Positions 35,811-46,175 of a DNA stretch of 64,000 nucleotides are shown here, piece after piece (within the stretch, counting starts at the first letter, position 1; each line of letters starts with the position of its first letter). The translations under genes were made by a program, and so were the position numbers. This DNA is from Carpediemonas membranifera BICM (lineage: Eukaryota; Protista; Fornicata): positions 169,600 through 233,599 of the forward strand of contig JAHDYR010000007.1 of NCBI GenBank assembly GCA_019828565.1, written 5' to 3'. The notes beneath the pieces are model-generated. The model was not told where the DNA came from. It searched no databases and saw only the letters and a list, made by a program, of their open reading frames with translations.

Positions 35811-38800
35811 CTTCCCCCAAGATCCGGAAATAAAAATTCGGATCTTCCAAAATCTCCAGAACCCCGAAATAAAATTCCTTGGTCCAAATCTTCAGCAGAA
35901 TCTATTCCCGCAGGTTATGTCTCATTGAAGGTCCCCATGCTGAGGACGCATCAAAAACAAACCATCAACGTCGTATGCCGTGAATAACATAACTAATCAA
36001 CATCAAAACCAATGGAATCCAGCTTATTGTAGCTGAACACTGCTCCTTCCCCCATGGGTCCGAAGTTTCCAGCCTTTTCAGCGACTACCGCCTTAGTTCG
36101 CTTTGAACTGCAGCATCTTCCGCTGTGCAGGCAACTTCTTCGCCAAATGAGGTACTTTCTCCAAGTATCTGTCAAGTGCTTCGAGTTTGTCTAGCTCCAA
36201 TGTGAATGGCTCCCACGTGGCTTCCTCAGGAAGGTACCCTTCCCAAATAACATGCAGTAGCAGCTTCCGTCCCTCGAACTTGTGCTCGTTGATCTCCACC
36301 ACGTATTCGTCGTCTCGCTCCGCAGCAACCTGCTTCAGCTGATCGAGCGTCAAGCTTGTCTCGAACACCCTGAGCCTGTCAGCGTGGATGCTGTGGGTCT
36401 TCCCGGACGTCAGGTTACGGACACGATAAACGTTCGGGGACTTGTCTGGGCCTATGCATCACATCGGCCCGAGCAGAGTAGATCTCCTACCGGAGTTCGA
36501 CGCCACCAGGACTGCGGTGTCTTGTAGCTCGATGTGATCGCGACTTGGCGACTCTCCATCACACAGTTGTTGCTGAACCACACGATTAACTTCAATCCTA
36601 CGCCTAAAAAGCTCCAACGAGACTGTATCGTCACTCAACTCGTCAAGCGTCGAGTCTTGCTCCTGGTCGTACAGTACCGTCCACGGGGACATGCCCGTGG
36701 TACTATTCTTCGTCGAGTTAAGGATGAACTGAGCGTGTGGAATCAGTTTCGTCCAGTCACGTGTCTTGCACTCCGTCATCAGGCACTTCAGATGCTTCTT
36801 CAGTTCCGCGTTCTGACGTTCGACGACGCCTTGCGATGCCGGTCGGTACGGCGTACCGATATGATGTTTCATCGATAGCTTCTCCACCATGGTGTCGACG
36901 AGCTGATTTCGGTATTGGGACCCACCGCCTGAATGGATTAAACGGGGTATACCGTAGTGGGCGACCCATTGTAATAGGGCCTCAGCTGCCTCTGCCGCAG
37001 TCGTGGAGTGGGTGGGGTATAACATCGTAAGCTTGGAGAACGTGTCGATGGCCACCACGATGTGGCGGTAACCGCCGTCAGATTCAGGTAGGGGTCCAAC
37101 AGTGTCTACTTGTACTACGTCAAATGGAAGGCGTCCCATCGTCGAATGCCGGTCCTGCGGCACTCGCTCAGCTGTCTGCCGATGGACTTGGCAGACCGGG
37201 CAGGCCTTGACGAACTGTTTCACCTCGTTGTACATCCCCTTCCACGTCTCTCCTCTTTCAATCAGGCGTTGTAGGGTAGCCCGAATGCCCAGATGTCCTT
37301 GTAAACCCCCATGTATGCTTTCGATCAGGTCAGTATGGCTCGTATCGGCACTTTGTAGGTGTACTAGACGGGACAAGCCGTCTGCACCGCCGTTGGCCAC
37401 TCCTGGTACGTGTTCCACGGAATAGTTGAACCGTGCCATGGCCAGATGCCACCTAACCACCTTAGCGTTGGCAGAGGTGGCCAGGTAGAGCAGATTTTTG
37501 TGGTCAGTGCGCACAACGAACTCTCGTCCGATCAGTAGTCGCTCTGCCTTCTGCATTGCGAAATAAATCGCGAACGCCTCCTTCTCATACGTAGACCATC
37601 GGCGTTGGGTAGCGTCGAATGTCTTCGAGTAAAATGCGATCGGACTAGGACCTGACGCGGATTCTTGCATCAGTACGGCACCTGCTGCGAAATCACTTGC
37701 GTCGGTCTGCAATATCAGCTTCGACCCAGGCTTGGGGTGTACGAGCATTCTGTTGTCCAGCAGGCAGGTCTTGACGCGCTCAAATGCGTCTTGTTGGTCT
37801 GGTCCCCACTCAAACTTCCTGTTGGCCCGGGTGAGGGCCGCAAGGGGCTCAGTTATGTCCGCGTAGCGCTCAATCATGGGGCGGAAGTAGTTAACAGTCC
37901 CCAAGAGCGTACGAAGCGTCGACAGGTCACGGGGGGGTGCAAGATCGTGAATTCCTTGCAGGCGATCCTCTGCGATCCTCTTGCCGTCGGCGCTAACAGT
38001 CCATCCTAGATAATCGATCTCGGACGCAGCGAAGATGCACTTCTTCGCATTGAGACGGAGTCCTCGAGTGTGGAGTTTTCCGAGAACGGTCTCCAGGCGA
38101 CGTAGAAATTCGGTTTTGTCCCGGCCGTAGACCACTACGTCGTCCACGTACACCAAACAGTCGGTGTACACGCTGCTTCCTAGCGCTGCCTCCAGGGCCC
38201 GTTGGCAGTACGCTGCAGCATTTTTTAGCCCAAAGGGCATCCTCGTATAACAGTATTTGACACCGTCAACGATAAAGGCCGTCATATCCTGGCATTCGTG
38301 TTTCAACGGGATTTGAAGAAACGCCTTGCTCAAATCAAGGGCTGCAAAGTATGAGTTGCCCTGCAGCCTCTCTACGAGGTCGTCTATTAGAGGCAAGGGG
38401 TGGGTCAGGTCAGTCGTGATCTCGTTCAGACGTCTAAAGTCAAGGCACATGCGACGTGTACGGTCCCGCTTCCAAGCTAACACAACCGGGTTGTTGTACT
38501 GGCTCTCGGAACGTCTTATAACCGCCATGTTGCAAAGCTCCTCGACCTGTCGCTTCATCTCTTCCACTTCGCCCTCGCCGTAGCGGTAGGGCGGTACGTT
38601 GACCACTCTGTCATGTCGAAGGTCCAACCCGAATGGCTCCACATCGGCCGGCTCATCAATACCTCCGAACAACCCCCCTAGCTTCGCTAACACCTCTTCG
38701 ACCTCCACGGTCAGGTCCATTATCACCGGCTTGGCATCATTGGTCTTCTGCGCGCTCGACAGGTAGACTTCTTCGTCAAACTCATCGCCCTCCAGCTCCA

Positions 38801-39959
38801 GGAACGTCTTGGTCCCTTCTCCAGCTGTTGGTAGGTGGATTTCCACCAAGCCCAAGGCCGTTAGCGTCGGGAATCCGAACACTATCTGCGGCTTAAGCCT
38901 CGGTAGGATGTAGAGTACTAGCTTCGCCGTAGTACGGCGTCCTGTCTTCGGAATAACTCCTAGATCGATGTTGACTTCGATCTTCTCATGCACGTTGTAA
39001 ACCGTCCCGCCTTGCAATCGAACCTTCACGTTTGTGGGGATAATTTCATCCGCGAACCCCAACTCGTCGATCAACGTCTTGTCGACAAAATCTGCGTCGG
39101 CCCCGGTGTCTAGCAATGTGTTAACGTCGCGACCGTCTACACACACCACGGCTTCAGGACGCTTCGCGGTCCCCTGGGCGACCAAAGAGGAAGAAGACAG
39201 AGAGAAACAAGCCTGAGTATTTACACCCTTCTTGCGTTCGTCCCTCTGCTTCTTCCAGCACTTTGTGGCATCGTGGCCCACCTTGTTGCAGTAGGGGCAC
39301 TTGGTAGACGCCTTGTCTTCATGCTTCTTCTTGGTCTTCTCGCCCTTCGACTCAACTGACTGACGCTGCGCCTCACGTCTACCCTTCTCAGCCTCCAGGG
39401 CTTGCTCAAAAGCCACCTTCATGGTCTCCTCCAGATCCTTGCTCTTCTTCTTGGCGCCGATTCGCTCTCTCAGGACTTGATAGCGGACTCCAGCGACGAA
39501 CGCCTCCACGAGTTGTTTGGCTTGAGGCTGCAGCTCGCCGAAGTAGGAACACGTCTCCTTGAATGTCAGCACGTAATCGGCCATGTTCTCGACGAGATTG
39601 CCCGACTCGGGGCAATTCAGCTTCTTCAGCCATTCGATGGCCTCTAGCTCGTCGAGAGGTTGGAACATCTTGTTAATCAGGTCGATAAACTCCTCGTTCC
39701 ACTCCGTCTCACGATCGGGGTCATGCTCATCCATCGGTTCATCCACCACCTGGAGAAAAGAGCCCAGCATGGGAGAACGGCACTTAAACGTTTCGAGCAC
39801 TTCGTTTGACACCAGGTCGAAAATAGCAATCGGATCACGGCACCTAGCGGCATAAGCACGCCAGGACTTAACCATATGGCGCCACTCCGCCACAGAGACC
39901 TTATTAAGGTAGGGTGCGTAGTTCAGTACTGTTTCCGGTACTACCATGGCAATATATAT

Positions 39960-40026
39960 TGTTGCAGCAGGAAACACAGAGAGTGATTTAATTGATCCGG
40001 GGTAAATCAGTCATCAATTGATTACA
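39960..40026 (-). repeat. 5' LTR, 67 bp
   Basis: Identical to 35744-35810. Confidence 0.95.
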
Positions 40027-40882
40027 CTCTGGAGATCGCGACTCCTTTGACAGCTTCTAAAACCTCTGCTGGAGGGCGCGTGCGCCGCCATGTCTCCAAC
40101 CGGGACGAGATAGAACCTACAGTAGGTAAACTTGCGTTCAATGATAGGGCTTCTTGAAGCTCACGCTCCGTCATCGCCTTCTCTTCTCGTCCTTAACCTG
40201 CGTAAGACAAAAAACAGAGCCAACCTTTACTTCTGGTTGGACGACTGGCTGCGCCAGCACTCGTGAGCGGAGTGTCCTCTGCGTCTGCACACCGTGCAGA
40301 ACTTAGAGCTACCGCCGTGAGGTCTCTTGGTGATCGGTCTGGCGTTGAGGTTCTTGGCGGCCTTCATCGCGGCACGCGCGAAGTCCTTCTTGCCTGTCAG
40401 ACCTTCGGCCTCGACAAGGTACACTGCAGCCACAGCATCTCCGAAAGTGTCGACTGTTCTCAGGTACTCGAGGCGCTTGTCGATCATCGCCTTAGCGGTG
40501 TCGAATACGTCTCCAACAGACGGTTTCTCTGTACGGCCCTTAATATCCGCCTTAAAATCAGCAAAGAACTGCTTCCAAGCGCGGTACTCCTTGATAACAC
40601 CATCAAGTCTCTTAGGTTCTCTTAGATCTTCTTGATTCTCCTCCTGCTCCGCCATTCTGGCGGTTAAAGCTTTAATAAGCTTGTCCTGCTTGTCAATCTT
40701 CGCAATAAGCTCCTCGTTGGCGTTGGCCATTTTGGCGCGAATTCTGAGGCGTTTTAAGGCCTCGCATTTTAAGGCACCAGATGGCCAACACCAGGATGGC
40801 GCGCCTCCGAGACAGATGCGCGTCCATCGGGCTGGGAAACGGGGCTCCAAGCCCCAAGTGCTCCCGCACGTCCGGGCACCCT

Positions 40883-43800
40883 TGTGCCGTGCCTTTGGGG
40901 CGTGCTAGCAAAACCTGGTGAGGAAGTATTTAATAGATTGCGATACGGTGCCGCGGGCCAGCCGGGACCGTATCGTATCGGCTAAAAATAAATACTGATC
41001 GAGCCTAGAGTGGCATCAGCCATGACACTACCCCTCCCAGAGCGTCAGCTCGCATGTGCATTGGCATCTCTGGGCGCGTTGGGCTGTTACATGTTTTGTC
41101 AGGTTAGGCTAAAGTGCAGGCTAAGGTTTCGCAACGGGGGGCATACGAAGGTGGGGACAAAAAAAATGAACAGCAGGGCAATCCGTCTAGGCTTGTGTTG
41201 TAGTGCTGTGGTGACGTAGATGGTTCTTGGTTGGGCCTGTAGCTCGAGTGAGTGACGCTAGCGTCGTCGATGATGAGTGAGGTGAACTCCTAGAAACCTC
41301 GTGGAAGTTGAAGTAGATAGTTCTAGTAAAGGTACTGTATCTAGTTGCGTTGTTGTTCTCGTGATCCGAAGGGTATTTGCTGAGATATTCGACGTTTTGT
41401 CAAATTTTGCTGAGAAAATGGGAAGATGAGGTCGCTATGAGGTTGGTGATGGAGATAGGGGAAATGTGATCGTGGATTTGAGAAGTAATTACTTTGTTGT
41501 ACGGTTCTCCATGACCTTTTCCGCGTCAAAGGGCGTATAGCTTGTGGGGTGATGATCGTTCGATTCTGGAAATGAGCTCGTCATGCGTCAGAGTCGATTC
41601 ACGATGAGAGCAGTAAGAGACCGGGGCATACGAGCTGATTGCCGGTCCTGGACCGGTTGAGTGCCCCTTTGGGGGGTATTTTGACCAAGTCGGAAAGCTT
41701 CGAAATGGTTCAATGACGGTGGTGTAGTGCGGTAATGTGGCTTAGAAACCGTTGTTGAAGGTGAAACGTCTTGATTAAATGACATTTGTTGTGTTTGTCT
41801 GCTTCTGGATGGTTCTTCAGCTCCAGAAATAAAGTGTTGTGTGAGTGAGAATAAACGAGGGCCTTTGGGGCCGTTTCATGAGTGATTTGTGATTGTTTTG
41901 GCGGCTTTATGTACACTTACGCTTGCCAGCCTTTCTTTTTGATGTATCTGTTGATCTTTGGTGCCTCTGAGGGGTAGGACTTGAGATATGAGTCAAGGGC
42001 CTCGAGACGTGAGTTTGCGTTGTTGAGCGGGATGTCACTGTCCTCGGCCGTCTCGTAGCCGAGCCAGTGGACTCGCAGGTTGTAACCGCGGCTCGTCTTG
42101 ATCACATCCACAATGCTTTCGACAATGTACTCGTCCTCGCCCTCGGCTTGGAGTTGGAGTAGCTCGGCGTCGCTGAGCGTGCCGCGTATGAATGGCTTCA
42201 GGCGATGAGTGGCGACTGTCATGGCGGCCTCAGGGTCAGATAGGGCCTCAATCGTCGTGGTGTTCGAGACAGTGCCCGGGCCACGTACCTTGAAGGGGCC
42301 GCGGTAAGGCCGTTGGAGCTTGCTGAACTTGATTCGTTTGAGCAGGACGAGGGAGCCAGCCTGGGGTGCCCAGTGTCCCGTGGGTGCCTTGCGCTTGGCT
42401 GCTGTGGTGTATTGAGCGATGTTGTCGCGTACCGCACGCAGTATGCCCGTCAAATCCTCTCTTCTGGCCTCATAGTGCGTGTGTTCGAGGTGGGGGAAAA
42501 GGATATTGAGTGGAGTGCGTCCCGTCGTCGATGATGCGGTGTTGTTGATGATGAGCTCGACTTGGGGAAGTAAATCAACCCAGTCGCCGTGGTTGAGCAG
42601 TGGTGTGAGGTGCTTGACGATCTCTGCGTTCATTCGCTCTACTATGCCATTGGCTTGCGGCCTGTATGGAACTGAGAAGCGGTGGTTGAGCGTGAGCCTC
42701 TTCGTCAACTCGGCAACGAGCTTATTGTCATACTGCGGGCCGTGATCGGTCTGGATGGCGCTCGGGACGCCAAAACGGCCGCAGAACTGGTAAATGCTCT
42801 TCGCGGCGCTCGCAGCATTCGTAGTGTGTGCCGGAAATAGTGAGACGTGCTTGCTGAAGCCATCTACTGCTGCGATGATGTATTTTAACCCGTCGGCCGA
42901 CTCAGGAAGCGGCCCGAGTGTGTCGATAAAGACGACCTCGAACGGGTTGGTGGGCTGAGTGCTATGGTATGGGACGTCTGTATCAGCGGTGTGTCTCAGC
43001 TGGCATGTGGGGCACGCTTGGATGAACTTCTTTGCGTCTGACTGCATCCCCGACCAGTTGTGTCCACCGGCGCGGATGGCCTGTACGGTCCGCCGGATGC
43101 CATGGTGACCGACAGCGTCGTTGTGCGCACCTTGCAGGATGTGCTGGTGGCTGTCGTCGAGCGCGGAGACCTCTGCGTCGGTCTGAGGAAGGGCGCGGGA
43201 GAGAGTGTCCGCAACGACGTTCGACGCGCCCTCAATGTGGACGATCGTGGGGTTGTAGTCGCTCAGGATCATCTTCCATCGCGCGATCTTCGCGTTCGAG
43301 GCTGACTTTCGGAACAGGTAAGTGAGGTTCCTGTGGTCCGTGAAGACCTTCCAGTCTTGTTTCAACCGTAGGATAGCGGAGAAGTCCGGACGCGTGAGTG
43401 TATATAGGATCGCATAGAGTTCCTTCTCGTACGTCGTCCAGCGTGTTTGCGGGCCCGTCAGCTTTTTGCTAACGAACGTGAGGATCTGACGAGTCTCGCC
43501 CTTGAGTTGGAAAATGACGCCGCCAATCCCGTAATCACTCGCATCGGTATAAACCTCCCAGGGGAGCGACGGGTCGGGATGTGTGAGTTCGATGTGCTTG
43601 GTAATGGCGGCTTTCAGGGCCTGCAGTGCGGCGTCTTGCTCGTCAGTCCACGTGAGGCGGGCGTTTTTCGCACCGGTCATGAGTCGGGTGAGGGGCTCCA
43701 TCAGCGTTGCGCTAAAGGGGATGAATGACCGCAGGTAGTTGAATTTTCCCACGATTCGGCGTAGCTCCGTGACGGTCTGGGGGACCGTGAGCTCCTTGAG

Positions 43801-46130
43801 GGCGGCGATCCTGTCCGGGTCGATGCGGATGCCGTCAGCGGAGAGGATGAAGCCCACGACCTTGACGGATCGGCTGCCGATCGTGCACTTCTCGGCGCTG
43901 AGGCGTAGGTTCGCGTCCTTGAGGAGTTGTAGTGTCTTTTGGAGACAAGCGAGGAATTCAGCCTTTGTGCGGCCATATAGCAGTATGTCGTCGATGTAAA
44001 CCGCCGCGCCTCGGTGGAGTACGGGTGCGAGGACTTTCTGCATAGCTCGCTGGAAGGCCGCGGGGGCTGTTTTGATTCCGAAGGGTACGCGGCAGAATTC
44101 CACGTAGTCGTCCGGGGTGACAGTTGCTGTGAGTGCGATATCATCAGGGTGGACTCGCATCTGGTGATAACCTGAGCGCAGGTCTAACGAGGCGAAATAC
44201 TGAGCGCCGGCCGCCTCCCTGGCAAACAGTCGTAAGTCGGGGAGGGGGAAATGATCATCCTGGATGTACGCATTGATTCGGGTGTAGTCAACGCACACGC
44301 GGATCTTCCCAGACTTGTGGCCGTGCTTAACGATCACGATGGGGGCAGAGAAAGGGCCTTCGGAGTCTCGAACGATACCTTGCGAGCGCCAGCGCTGGAT
44401 TTCAGCATGTACTTGCGCTCTGAGAGCTGGATCAGCGATAGGGCGTGGCTTCGCCTGTATGAGGACGTCATCCGTGAGCCTGATGTGGAGAGGATCGAGC
44501 TTGGAACCTTCTGAGGGCAGCTCAGGCTCGAATACTTGTGAATGCTCTCGGAGAAGGGGCAGAATGTCCTCCTTGAGCTCCGGGACTGTTACTGCTTCAT
44601 ATCCTCGGGGTGCAACGTTGTCGACGGCTATATCGTCATCGTCGTCGGCTGAAACAGCGGTATCGGATGGGAACGACAGGCTCAGGGAATCTTCGGTGAG
44701 GATCCCAAGTCTGCGGAGTACGTCCGTTCCTAATAGGAACTTTGGCACATCTCCTGGAATAATGAGGGCCAGTAGCGAGATCTCAGTGTCGTAGCCCGCG
44801 GGCCTGGGCAGGGCAACGGTAACTCGGAGGTATCTGTCGCTAGTGAATGAGTCGCCGGTTGCGACAGCTGCGGAGGTCTTTCTGCCTGTGACGACTTCGC
44901 AGCTCGTGCGTTGGTATAAATGCTCTGCTAAACCACTCGAAACGCATGTGACTCCCGCCCCCGTATCAATAACAATCGGATACTCCAGGCCATTTATATG
45001 GCCGTTCAGGGTGAGCGGGCCCTGCTGGGGGGTGTGCGCGTCGACTGTGTCTACACGCTCCTTACGGGGAGAATTGGGGCGCAGACGGCCGTTGTCACGC
45101 GTGAACTTGGGTTTGAAGGCAGGCTTCTCGGCAGTCGGACACTCGGAATTCCAGTGGTTGCCACCGCACTTCTCACAGGGAGCAGGAGGGGCGCGGTTGC
45201 CCGGATTGACGTCGTTTGCTCGGGCTGGGGGTGCGGTGTTCTTCTTGACAGCAGGCTTCTTAGGCTTGGAAGGGGCCTCATCGTCGTTGTCCGCGTCCTT
45301 CTTCTGCTTGATGGGAACGAGCTCGTAGCCCTTGATCAGGGCAGTCTGGGCAAGCTCGTCTTCTTCATCGGCGGCCTCGAGGGCGAGAGTGATGGTGTCT
45401 TCGAGCGAGAGGGTGGTGGCGACCGCTAATTCGGTCTTCAGGCGTACGGCGCGTTGTAGGGGGTACGGGCGCAGGTTGTTGATGAAGATCTTGGCGGCCT
45501 TCTTCTCAGGCTTGTCGACCTTCTCGTCGTCATCGTCATCGGTGTCGTCCTCCTCCGGTTGTTCCTCATCGGGGAAATCTACCTCAGTGCGGGAGGCGTA
45601 GACGGCGCGGAATTGCGTGGCAAATAAACGGACGGTGCCTCGACGAGTGACTTTGGGCGGAGCGAGCGTGGGCATGGTGCAGCGAGTGTGCTGGAGTTCT
45701 CTGACCCACTCGTCGGCGTTGCGGGGAGCAACAAGAGCGTCGAGGGCTTCGGAGACCTGGTCATCAGAGAGGTCTTGGATTTTTGCGTCAGTCTGTCTCT
45801 CAACGGCGTCAATATACGTCTCATCAAGGAAGACTCGGTAGTTCGCATTGGGGAAGAAGACTTTCAGTCTGTCAACTTCTTGGCGATAGGCTTTCACCCC
45901 GGAGCGGGTGAGCTCGCGGAGCTTAGGGAAATTGCTGGTGCTGATATTGCTGAACATGGTGGTTGTTGTGGACTAGTTTTAAAACTGTGCCGTGCCTTTG
46001 GGGCGTGCTAGCAAAACCTGGTGAGGAAGTATTTAATAGATTGCGATACGGTGCCGCGGGCCAGCCGGGACCGTATCGTATCGGCTAAAAATAAATACTG
46101 ATCGAGCCTAGAGTGGCATCAGCCATGACA
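40883..46130 (-). mobile_element. Complete, apparently intact chromo-Gypsy LTR retrotransposon with 145-bp LTRs
   Basis: Identical LTRs at 40883-41027 and 45986-46130; TSD CCCT at 40879-40882 and 46131-46134; PPT GGGAGGGGTAG at 41028-41038. Confidence 0.96.
41917..45957 (-). CDS. Gag-Pol polyprotein (CCHC, PR, RT, RH, IN, chromodomain)
   Basis: Uninterrupted 1346-aa ORF: CEKCGGNHWNSEC, IDTGA, YIDD, TDAS, DTLGP, RGPF, EYIVESIVD..VHWLGY. Confidence 0.95.
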   Translation of the reverse strand: MFSNISTSNFPKLRELTRSGVKAYRQEVDRLKVFFPNANYRVFLDETYIDAVERQTDAKIQDLSDDQVSEALDALVAPRNADEWVRELQHTRCTMPTLAPPKVTRRGTVRLFATQFRAVYASRTEVDFPDEEQPEEDDTDDDDDEKVDKPEKKAAKIFINNLRPYPLQRAVRLKTELAVATTLSLEDTITLALEAADEEDELAQTALIKGYELVPIKQKKDADNDDEAPSKPKKPAVKKNTAPPARANDVNPGNRAPPAPCEKCGGNHWNSECPTAEKPAFKPKFTRDNGRLRPNSPRKERVDTVDAHTPQQGPLTLNGHINGLEYPIVIDTGAGVTCVSSGLAEHLYQRTSCEVVTGRKTSAAVATGDSFTSDRYLRVTVALPRPAGYDTEISLLALIIPGDVPKFLLGTDVLRRLGILTEDSLSLSFPSDTAVSADDDDDIAVDNVAPRGYEAVTVPELKEDILPLLREHSQVFEPELPSEGSKLDPLHIRLTDDVLIQAKPRPIADPALRAQVHAEIQRWRSQGIVRDSEGPFSAPIVIVKHGHKSGKIRVCVDYTRINAYIQDDHFPLPDLRLFAREAAGAQYFASLDLRSGYHQMRVHPDDIALTATVTPDDYVEFCRVPFGIKTAPAAFQRAMQKVLAPVLHRGAAVYIDDILLYGRTKAEFLACLQKTLQLLKDANLRLSAEKCTIGSRSVKVVGFILSADGIRIDPDRIAALKELTVPQTVTELRRIVGKFNYLRSFIPFSATLMEPLTRLMTGAKNARLTWTDEQDAALQALKAAITKHIELTHPDPSLPWEVYTDASDYGIGGVIFQLKGETRQILTFVSKKLTGPQTRWTTYEKELYAILYTLTRPDFSAILRLKQDWKVFTDHRNLTYLFRKSASNAKIARWKMILSDYNPTIVHIEGASNVVADTLSRALPQTDAEVSALDDSHQHILQGAHNDAVGHHGIRRTVQAIRAGGHNWSGMQSDAKKFIQACPTCQLRHTADTDVPYHSTQPTNPFEVVFIDTLGPLPESADGLKYIIAAVDGFSKHVSLFPAHTTNAASAAKSIYQFCGRFGVPSAIQTDHGPQYDNKLVAELTKRLTLNHRFSVPYRPQANGIVERMNAEIVKHLTPLLNHGDWVDLLPQVELIINNTASSTTGRTPLNILFPHLEHTHYEARREDLTGILRAVRDNIAQYTTAAKRKAPTGHWAPQAGSLVLLKRIKFSKLQRPYRGPFKVRGPGTVSNTTTIEALSDPEAAMTVATHRLKPFIRGTLSDAELLQLQAEGEDEYIVESIVDVIKTSRGYNLRVHWLGYETAEDSDIPLNNANSRLEALDSYLKSYPSEAPKINRYIKKKGWQA

Positions 46131-46161
46131 CCCTTGCCCGCTTCTTGGACAGTGGTCCGCA

Positions 46162-46175
46162 GGGCGTGTAGCTCA
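46162..46175 (+). repeat. Target-site duplication equal to tRNA-Ala nt 1-14 (also at 50172-50185 and 54193-54206)
   Basis: GGGCGTGTAGCTCA occurs at all three junctions, each preceded by A. Confidence 0.95.

Larger units (their letters stand above)
35744..40026 (-). mobile_element. Complete chromo-Gypsy LTR retrotransposon with 67-bp LTRs
   Basis: Identical LTRs at 35744-35810 and 39960-40026 (TG..CA); TSD CTCTG at 35739-35743 and 40027-40031; PPT at 35811-35818; gag-pol 39947..36093 with one in-frame TGA at 36459-36461. Confidence 0.95.
32900..46161 (-). mobile_element. DIRS-like element B interrupted by two Gypsy insertions
   Basis: Gag 40227..40730 (CTVCRRRGHSAHEC); pol N-terminus 40032..40174 resumes at 35743 and runs to 33942; YR ~33940..32962 (TLHSFRRG, frameshift ~33200); 5' UTR split by the 145-bp-LTR element. 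Confidence 0.82.
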
